From Klebsormidium nitens (taxonomy: Eukaryota; Plantae; Klebsormidiophyceae), in contig DF237456.1 of the NCBI GenBank assembly GCA_000708835.1, positions 2,950 through 66,949 of the forward strand: a stretch of 64,000 nt of DNA, read 5' to 3'. Of the stretch, positions 34,450-43,761 are shown piece after piece (the stretch's first letter is position 1; each line of letters opens with the position of its first letter). Both the position numbers and the translations under genes were made by a program. The notes under the pieces were generated by a model. The model was given only the letters and a program-made list of their open reading frames with translations. It searched no databases and was not told the origin of the DNA.

Positions 34450-37400
34450 TCAACTCGTTGTATGAGCGGTCGGAAGGAACCCGCAGGCCCAGCCTTCGCA
34501 TATCATTCTTTTGGGCGCTTCCTGCGCGCCCGGCCACAGCCTCGTCGACACCGGCGGCAGCTTCCGCTCGTCAGTCGCGGGCTTCGCCTTCGCCTCCGCG
34601 CTTGGCTCTTGCCAGTCGCCGATGGGCGTGCAGCCGACCGCCTCGTAGTACTCCTCGAGAGCCGCATTGATCACGTTCATGGCGTCGATCATGTAGATCA
34701 TGCCCTGGAGAGAAAGATTGTCCTTCTTAGTCAAGAGAACGACGTTTAATGGCGACTCTCAGACCTGTGGGGTTCTCAGACGTACGCCGCCTGAGTTCGC
34801 TCTTGTCCAGAACGACTGCTAGAAGCGAACTGGACAGTGACATGTGATAAGCGCGAAAAGAGTTGCTGTCGCTTCTTCTTCATCTGGACCGTCAAGAAGG
34901 CGTCACGAAATCGAAAGCTGCAAACTGACTTGATACAGAGCGCGTTTTCAACTCAGCCCTATTATTGCCCAAATCGTTAAGGCGAACACTGTGGGCACGA
35001 TCCAAGCCGTTGGATCAACGTCAAACTGACAGGTGCACGGCTGGAGAGCTTGTACTACCTCTGGCTTTTGCTTCCAGCGACATTCGAACCCAGGGGAACC
35101 TCAGTATACGCAGTGAGGCGCATCTCCGAACCGAGTGCAAGCAGTAAAAGGTCAAACGCACGCAATTTTGGACTGGACGGCGTGCAAAACATAATGGATT
35201 CTTGAGGAGTACCAATCATATCTGAGCAGACCATCTAAAAGTGCACGGATCGGCTAGATTTGCCAAAGTTCACATGTTCTCTTTCTCTCTAACTAAAGCT
35301 ACGTTTGTCCGGGAAAGAGTCCACAGTTTTGAATCTGAAGCAAAAAGCGTGTTTTGTAATTTATGAACGTACCTGCCGGACGTTCTCGTTGGCTTCCACA
35401 AGGGTCGCTGGGTCCGGCGGCTGCTCGAACAGCCGGCAGTTTCCGAGCAGTTTCCGGGCAAAGTACGGGGCCTTGTCCCAGGCCCAGTTCCCCGCCCCAA
35501 TAGTCAGCGTATAGTGCAACAGCTTCGGAACAAGGCCTCCCGTCTCGGTCCCCACGAACAGTTGCAGGTTAAGGTCGTTGCGAATGTGGTGAATCAGACC
35601 CACCTCCGCCGCCCCGAAAACGTACCCGTACATCTCGAGGATCCAGTGCGGTTTTGAGTCGTCCCCCGAGTCGTGCGCGTATTTCCACCCCTTGGGATTC
35701 GTCCGCATGTCCTCGGTTATGCTCAACCACAGCGGCGCCACTTGCTTCAAGTCCTCGACGTGGAAGAGCAGCGTCCCGCCGACCTTTTGGCACAGGTGCG
35801 GGTTCTTGGTGTACATTGCCGCGAGCTCGTTGTCGCACCCGATGAGGTAATTGTAGTGGCTGGCAGTCGGGCGGCCGCGCCGCGCACCCAACTCCCACGG
35901 GATGATCGGCTCCACGAAGATCATGTCCGTGTCTAAGATAATGATATACTCCGCCTTCGGACGTACGAACTCCAACCAGTGCCGGATTGCCAGCGGCTTA
36001 TTGTAAGGGGGGTACCAATCGCCCGAGTCTGGGTGGACTTTGAACGAGGGGACGACGTGCGTCGGGGCGAGATGGAGGTTGTTGTATTTCGCGAGGTCTT
36101 CGGTGCTACAGGAGAGCAGGCGGGTGATCGGCCCAGGTTGGCCGACGCGGCGGTGGCTGTAGACCAGCGCGAGGGTCTGCCAGTCCATGTAGTCGTTGCA
36201 CTCGGCAGAGAAGATGGTGTGAATCCTGCATACATAGATTTCAAAATTCCGCTTATGCTCTGTTCAATCCTGAGATTTTTGAACCCATGGAGACACTTGA
36301 TATACTGAAGACAATGGTTCGTTATCCATGTCGGTCCACTCGGCGGGAGAGGATGGTATAGATTCTGGGCCTGGTTATGCGAGAAGAGGCCAAATGACAG
36401 TTAGGATCTGGGGGTCAGTGTTGTCAAGAGTTTCTGGAGCGAACGGCAGATAACAATAAATCATCCAATTATATACTTGCAATTCGTGCCATCGTTGCTT
36501 GATGATACAGTTTACTACAGAATCCGTATAGTTTTACCCTTTGTATGGTACCTTAAAATCGAATATCACTGTTGTACGTAAGCACCGCTGGAATGTTTTA
36601 TTATCGCAATCCCTTCCTACTCCCTCTCCAATGCCAGGACCCCAAAACCCAAGACCCGGAAACGAACAAAACAGAGCAGAAAGGGTGGTGCACAACTGAT
36701 AAGGAGTGTTGGATATGGGCGACAGTGGTGAAATTTTGCATGGAATCTAGAGAGGGTGCTTTGCAGAACGTGCGCAACCCCTGTAAGAAAGACTTAGCAG
36801 AGTGAGGATTGGTTTGAAAAACTTGGCAGATTGTGGTCGAAGTCACGATTTTTGTGATTGAGCTTTGCAGCAGAAAGCTGGGGGCATACTTCATATGCGA
36901 TGGTCATGGGCGTCACTTATGACAAAACGTTTCCTTTTACATGTACAAGCTCTTTGTCTGGAAACAGCATATGTTGAGGGGCCAACCGTATCAAAAGTGC
37001 GGTGAGATTTTGAGGGGCCATAGAGAAAGCTAGGTTTTGATACAAGCACTCCAAGATTTCAAAAGCATATACTTGATAGAGCTCAGGCAAGCAACAATCG
37101 GTGCTTTGCATTGCTGTGCTCCATTAACCACTTGCATATCGAGTGCACTGATGTCTCTGAGCTGATTGACAAACACAGCTGAAGGTGTTGAACAATATCA
37201 GTCCAAAGCAATGGAAATTGAAGTGAGCTCTGGCATGTGTACGTCCAACATCACGGTTCTTATACCTCCTTGTAAAAGAACGAAGCTGAACGGAGAGCTC
37301 AAGACAGAGAGGCGCAAAATATGTGCAGCTGCGAAAAGCTCACCTGTCATCATACTTGCGCTCTCTGATGGCCCCCTGAACCCTGCCAACCAGCAGCCCT

Positions 37401-37474
37401 ATGCAGAGCAGGACGAAGGGCATCCGCCAAAGAGCTACTCTAGCTGCCACAGGGCAGAGCCTAAGGCGATCCAT
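34450..37474 (-). CDS. Peptidyl-serine alpha-galactosyltransferase (SERGT1/SGT1)-like glycosyltransferase with a single catalytic domain
   Basis: Exons 37344-37474 (hydrophobic signal/anchor), 35373-36225 and 34450-34704. Motifs IHTIFSAECNDYMDWQ, GQPGPITRLLSC, GDWYP..NKP, DXD (ILDTDM), IIPWELGA.RGRP, YLIGCDN, KVGG, EMYGY.FGAAE. Confidence 0.85.
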
Positions 37475-37610
37475 TGTTCCCGCCACAAGTGCCCTGGCAC
37501 TGCGCGAGCTGAAACCTGCTAAGCAGAGCAACTGAGAAGTGGTCAACTCTGTCAACTCCTGGGCCCTACTAAAGCTTGGAGCTCCTCTTTGGCTGCTGCT
37601 GGCACCACCT

Positions 37611-37716
37611 GTACAGACTGTACTAAGTACAATCAGGTACATATCAAATGCAGGTGTACAGCACCTAGCTAGGTAGGTACCTAGTTAATGCGTAACTTAT
37701 GGAAGCTGCGTGGTAC
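37611..37716. promoter_or_regulatory. GTAC-dense cluster upstream of the glycosyltransferase gene
   Basis: GTAC at 37611, 37620, 37627, 37637, 37656, 37677 and 37713 (7 in 106 bp). Function inferred only. Confidence 0.4.
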
Positions 37717-37726
37717 ACAGAAACAT

Positions 37727-38177
37727 NNNNNNNNNNNNNNNNNNNNNNNNNNNNNNNNNNNNNNNNNNNNNNNNNNNNNNNNNNNNNNNNNNNNNNNNNN
37801 NNNNNNNNNNNNNNNNNNNNNNNNNNNNNNNNNNNNNNNNNNNNNNNNNNNNNNNNNNNNNNNNNNNNNNNNNNNNNNNNNNNNNNNNNNNNNNNNNNNN
37901 NNNNNNNNNNNNNNNNNNNNNNNNNNNNNNNNNNNNNNNNNNNNNNNNNNNNNNNNNNNNNNNNNNNNNNNNNNNNNNNNNNNNNNNNNNNNNNNNNNNN
38001 NNNNNNNNNNNNNNNNNNNNNNNNNNNNNNNNNNNNNNNNNNNNNNNNNNNNNNNNNNNNNNNNNNNNNNNNNNNNNNNNNNNNNNNNNNNNNNNNNNNN
38101 NNNNNNNNNNNNNNNNNNNNNNNNNNNNNNNNNNNNNNNNNNNNNNNNNNNNNNNNNNNNNNNNNNNNNNNNNNNNN
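37727..38177. other. Assembly gap (N run)
   Basis: 451 consecutive N. Confidence 1.
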
Positions 38178-38510
38178 ATAGAAACAACCTTCAAGTTCGA
38201 AAACCTGTGCTCAGAGTCCAGACTCAGAGGTGGTTGAGAATTGAAACCGACCTTTATGAAAGCGCCCACGACGACGTCAGAAGCCAGTGTCAATATCTAC
38301 CGGAGCGCTACACTGCGGCTTGATTGACACTGGTGATGCTTTCTTTGCCAGGCTTGGCACCTACCGTACCTATCTGACTCTGACTCTCCCAGTCCGTCTG
38401 AGCTGATGCTTGGATTTGCACTCTGCAGGGCTCACATTATCCCCTGGAAGCGAAAAGGCGCGTCCAGCTTCCTCCTCTTGCTGTCGGTACTTCAGACTAT
38501 TAAGGAGAAC

Positions 38511-38949
38511 ATGAGACGGCAAAGCAATGCTCCAAGGCGCCCCAATCTCTTGACACGTGCGGTGGAGGGCGTGTTTGATCTTGTGCGCCTGGCAGAGTTT
38601 GAGATTCTCTTTGTGGTCTTCCTGGTGATAGTCCTGCTCCTTATCAAGGACCTGGTGAGTACAAGGCCAGAAGACCTACATCTATTTGACGGGAGCACAA
38701 AGCGTTTCCCTCTGTACATCTGAGGATCTGTGGGAATAGGGGAATGTAATTCAGAAGTGCAGAGAAAGCCAATAGAGGAGTAAGTCTCCTGATCAAACTC
38801 TAGGGTTGAGCATCTGCTGCCTGGAGCAAACATTTATCTGCCGATAATCCAAGGACATTTATCTCTACTTTTAACCTCTGTTGCAGACTGCCCGACCACA
38901 ATACAACCAGATATTCACGAGAAGCATCCCGGATCAGTTGAGGCAATAG
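38511..38949 (+). CDS. Spliced 68-aa single-pass membrane microprotein immediately upstream of CFAP20 (uORF or first cistron)
   Basis: Exon 38511-38654 (MRRQSNAPRRPNLLTRAVEGVFDLVRLAEFEILFVVFLVIVLLLIKDL|gtgagt) plus exon 38887-38949 (ttgcag|TARPQYNQIFTRSIPDQLRQ*). Both junctions phase 0, strong splice sites, one TM helix. Confidence 0.8.
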
Positions 38950-38996
38950 GATAGTGGCAAGGGAATAGCAAGCGGCGTGACTGGAAAGCCGCGAAA

Positions 38997-41879
38997 ATGT
39001 TTAAGAACACGTTCCAGTCCGGGTTCCTCTCCATACTGTACAGCATAGGGTAAGCACGCCGTACTTTATTCGAGCCTTCTCACCTGTGGAACTTCCACCA
39101 TCTGAATGCAACTTGTGCAGAATAGTACAAGTGGAAGGGCCAAGGGGGCAAAAAAAGGGCCCCTTGCTTTGTGGGGCTGACTCTACCTAACCAGGGTTTG
39201 TAAAATAGTCCGCTAATTTCTTTTGGGGCAGGACTCAGCTTGCAGGATCACAGTTTTGCTTGGCTTCAGGTTGGGGTTTGCAGAGGGTCTGGGCAGCGAC
39301 TGATGCTCTGTTCCTCTGTCGCAGGAGCAAGCCCCTCCAAATTTGGGACAAACAAGGTGAGGTGTTGACCAGTGATTCAAGCCGATCTGTTCGATTGTTT
39401 TTTGGCAACAAATACCATGTTTCTGACAACATACAACAGTCTTGCTTTCTTGAGCTGTCGTCATCAAGAACAAAGATGAATGGAAAGGGTGTTATGAAGG
39501 TGAAGGGCTGGGAAGGGGCGATTGGATGGAAAATGCAGATTCGACCTGTTGAGTTGTTAAGCGGTTCCGATACTCCTCAGCGTGCACAAATTGCACCAGC
39601 ATCACAATCAAACCACGAGACCCAACAGAACGCAAGCTCTTGCTAGGTTCCCCTTCTTAGAGTGCGCGCATTCTAGACGGGCAATGGGTGCAAGTCTTTG
39701 AGCTGACAGTGAAGTCTGCACATTAACAGGGCAGAAGAGCTGTTTATTTTCTTGAGAATCGGTTGTGAAAGAGTACACAATGTTACTTTTCCAACCTGCA
39801 AGTCTCTCAAGAACCGGTGGAATCAAAGGGTTGAACAGAATTGAAAGGGCCCTTTACAATGCTCCCAGTCGGTCATATCTACAGTGCGGACGGAGTCGGT
39901 CACCCTAAGCACCGCCTTCGATAGTTCCAGAAAGAAAGTCAATTGACGATTAAGACACCATACATGCACTTGAAAGATCAAAACTAGAACCTCTAGTCAG
40001 TTAATGAGCTGAGGAAGGGACGCAGTCTGGGCAATCATTGTCCACTCTCCTCTAGCACCCCTAGCTGAGTAGACCGTCTTCTACCGGAAGTGCGTACATC
40101 AAATGCAGCGCGTTCAAGCTCAACTTTTCTTGCCCCTCTGCAGAAGAGACTGATCACATCAGGCGTGCAGCTCGCCAATCTTTGAACTTTCTCCTGTCCA
40201 CGCAGTTAAGAAATGGGCGCATCAAGCGCGTCACTTGCCAACATCTCAAGTGCTCTTTCCCACAGCAATAAAGCATGGCACTCATTAACGCATTTCATTT
40301 TTCACTTTATTTTGTAATCAAGAATGGGCACATTAAGCACACTGCTTGCTTAGGCACATTCTTCATTCTCCCTCTGCTGTCAAGAATGGGCACATTTAGC
40401 GCAACACGGACGGCGACATCGAGAGCAGCGTCCTGGAGATCATTTACACTAACGTCAGCACCAACTTCATGACAATCATGGCATCGCTCGCTAAAAATTC
40501 AACTTCGCTCCTATCCACGCAGTCAAGAATGGGCACATCAAACGCATCACAGATGGCGACATCCAGAGCAGCGTCCTGGAGATCATGGGCACCAACGTCA
40601 GCACCAACTTCATCACATGCCCTGCGGACCCGCAGGCCACGCTGGGGATCAAGCTCCCGTTCCTGGTCATGATTATCAAGAACCTCAAGAAGTACTTCAC
40701 GTTCGAGGTCCAGGTGCTCGACGACAAGAATGTGCGCCGCCGGTTCCGGGCGTCCAACTATCAGGTGCGGTTTCGTCGGCGTTGTGCATCTATGCTTTGG
40801 TTGTCCTGTTCTCCGCAGAAGCTGAGTCGGTTGGAACATCGAGTGCGCTTGGAATCTAGATACCCGTTTGGACAAAGACGAGGATCGGTTTCGGGCTCTT
40901 GGGGTCTTCAAGGGCGGATCAATCTGTTCTCATTTTTGATTGATCAGAAGCTGCGGTTGATTTGAGTTGCGATACTGGCTGCCTGGACCGTCTCATCCGC
41001 CGAATAGGTCACTCACTGATCAATCTTTGATTTCCATTTTTACATTGAAAGCAAAGCCAGCGACGCTTTGAGATGTTCTAATCTTGAAAAACGAAAGCTA
41101 GGCCGTGGGACACCAGAAAACGTGGGGTACGTGTCACAAATATGCCTCAAAGACCGAGCAATTTAAACTCCTGAACTTGCATTTTCAAAGCTAGTCCGTT
41201 ACACGGCACCGCTTTAATCTTGTTAGATGGTCAGAAAGTCTTAAAGTCCTTGCTTCCCACACTATACTCTCTGTCTCACGTCGGCGTCCTGAGCTTCCAA
41301 CTGCAAACCTGGCCCCCAAAATCCCTAGCTTCGATCTTTTAACGCTTCTGACAGTCAGCTGCGTGCAAAGCGTTCCCTCTGCATCGTGCCTCTTCGCCCG
41401 GACCACATCTAGCTCACTTTGAAGCAGCTGGAAACGGCCCCGACTTCGGACTGTGTAAAAGAACGCACAGCCTTCTGTGGTGTTCCTCACTGCAGTCGAA
41501 GACGCACGTGAAGCCCTTACATCCGCAGGATATCCATGCGAGTAGGATATCAAATATGTTTTGCATGCCGGGCTTCCGCAGAGCATCGAAAGTACTGTCA
41601 AATGCTAACTTCTATCGACTCGCACTGCTTTTCCTCCCACAGTCGACCACGCGGGTGAAGCCGTTCATCTGCACGATGCCCATGCGGCTGGACGAGGGCT
41701 GGAACCAGATCCAGTTCAACCTGAGCGACTTCACGCGGCGCGCGTACGGCACCAACTACATCGAGACGCTGCGCGTGCAGATCCACGCCAACTGCCGCAT
41801 CCGTCGCATCTACTTCTCCGACCGGCTCTACTCCGAGGAGGAGCTGCCGCCGGAGTTCAAACTCTTCCTGCCCATCCAG
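38997..41879 (+). CDS. CFAP20: Cilia- and flagella-associated protein 20 (BUG22); short last exon not resolved
   Basis: Exons 38997-39049 ([18 protein letters not shown]), 39325-39356 ([10 protein letters not shown]), 40523-40764 (VKNGHIKR...[10 protein letters not shown]) and 41643-41879 ([27 protein letters not shown]...FKLFLPIQ). Confidence 0.97.
40206..40620 (+). repeat. Three intronic degenerate copies of the start of CFAP20 exon 3
   Basis: t(c/t)aaga(a)atgggc(a/g)cat at ~40206 (with a ccacgcag acceptor), ~40318 and ~40381 (extends ~90 nt); functional copy at 40523. Confidence 0.9.
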
Positions 41880-43761
41880 GTAGGTTAAGGACCTCGAGTT
41901 TGGACATGGTTTGGATTCTGCCAGGGTTTACATTCATAGTTAAGCAGCCGTGCTTGGTGTTCACCGCTTTCTGGAACTTTGCTGATTCCAAGGACGAACT
42001 ACCGCTAGAGTCCAAGCTTTTCCTGCCTACCCAGGTGGGTCAAGAAACCAAAAAAAACCGAACATGGAAGTTTTCAGTTTGTCGGTGATGACGGAGTGGA
42101 TCTTTTGGTTCAGCAGAACGTTTATGGCAGATATGGCTGTGAATAAGGATGAAAGCATCTCAGGAAAGCTCTGATGTCGAGTGCGCAACGCTTTGCTTTT
42201 ACATCAAGTCTCGACCAGAACGTGGGGAGCCGCTGCTCTGCTTTTGTCCTGCTCACTGTTGGCTTGGTAACAGAAGATGTCTGCGCACTCAGCAACTCGA
42301 AAAGGACGGAGAGTCAGAGCTGATAGGATTTCTAGATCGAACCCATAGGCAATTGCCTTTCAAGGCTAGAAAAGACGAGTGACTCGCACCTCTTTTGAAC
42401 AACCCCTTGTTGTCATAACCTGCGCTCATGAGTTGCATTTTGGCTCGGTTGTTGGGCTCTGCCCGATATAGAGAGCCGATCACGGGAATAAAGGGCCAAG
42501 GTTTGTCGATGGTCAAAGCAGTCCCCGCATCGGACCCTTTCGAACCCTCTTTGGTTTGCTGCTTTGAATCAGTCCATTCGGGTCTGCCCGAACCGCATGT
42601 CCTTCGAGAATGAAGTATTTGTCAGCTTTTGAAAACGTCTTGTTTCCAAACGGGTGTGAAACCAGAAGCGAGCCTGCTACGTATCAATATTATTGCGATA
42701 TGCAACCGCTCATTGGGCGGTCCAGAAGGATGGATGATCTGACGTTCTCTCTTGCTTGTGTAGAAAACGTCATGAAGGGCAGGCGCTCGCAGCTCATAGG
42801 TTAGGATCGAACTATCGGAACATGCAACCGAGGTGGATAGGCCATGCTTGAAGAATGATTGGAAGCCGGTTTTGAAAACATCCTTGAAACGCTCTAGTGC
42901 AAGGAGGCTGAAAGCAGCGTTTGCTTCGAGCTCCATGCGTGATGTACATTCAGCAATTGCAACGGATCTCGGCGGATGAGGCCTTCAAATCCGAGCCTTG
43001 AAAATCAGTTGCAACCGCCAAAACGCAATCTTGGGAACCGTCAAGCAAGCTCGTAATATTCTGCAGTAGTCAGTACTGCACTTCTCAGGGGACGAAAAGC
43101 TCCCCTCGGTGGTTTTCCCTTTCATTTAGTGACCAACATGACGGTCACAAAAATGTTGGCGGCTTCAAGCTGATTGCAACCTTGTTTAAATTGTTGTCTC
43201 TCTCAAAAGCTGTCTTTAGCACGGCCCAGAGTGCTCGAGTTTTATCTGAGGAACTCAAGGCATGACGGACGGTTGTTGCAATCTAAAATAATATGCTGTC
43301 ACGACTAAGGAAAAACCCAAAATTTCCCAATTCCATGATCCGTGTGCTATAATCGTCATCAAATGTGCACTATAGTATAGCTGCCTAGGCTTAAAGGCTT
43401 CCGCAACAATGATGACCTCCGGCCATCCAATCGCTTTCATCTGTTCGATTTTAACTCTGGGGGCGGCCCTATACCGTAACCATTGTGACAGCTGACAAAG
43501 CGGAGAGCCCCGGATCCCCTGTCTGCATGTTTTAACCAACGCAGGGGTAACCGCTAACGCGGTTATATATAGCGCGTACTGCAACCGTAAACCACCCAAA
43601 AGCCAGTTAACCCTATCGTTTTAAGATGCTGCTCGGCGCTCGCGCACATGCGGCGGGTTACAGAAAGCGCGGCTGAATCAAACATGTGCATGCTGACTTT
43701 GTTCGATTCACTTCCGTTCCAAGGTTTTGTGTTCAGAACTTGAACTTGAACTTGAAGCAGC

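Noticed and set aside
37681-38323. ORFs spanning X runs
   Set aside because: Artefacts of the N gap.
42100-43650. Unexplained interval with a minus-strand TATA-like tatatata (~43565) and short ORFs (43255-43599, 42622-42936)
   Set aside because: No coherent exon chain, domain or RNA-gene signature could be supported.
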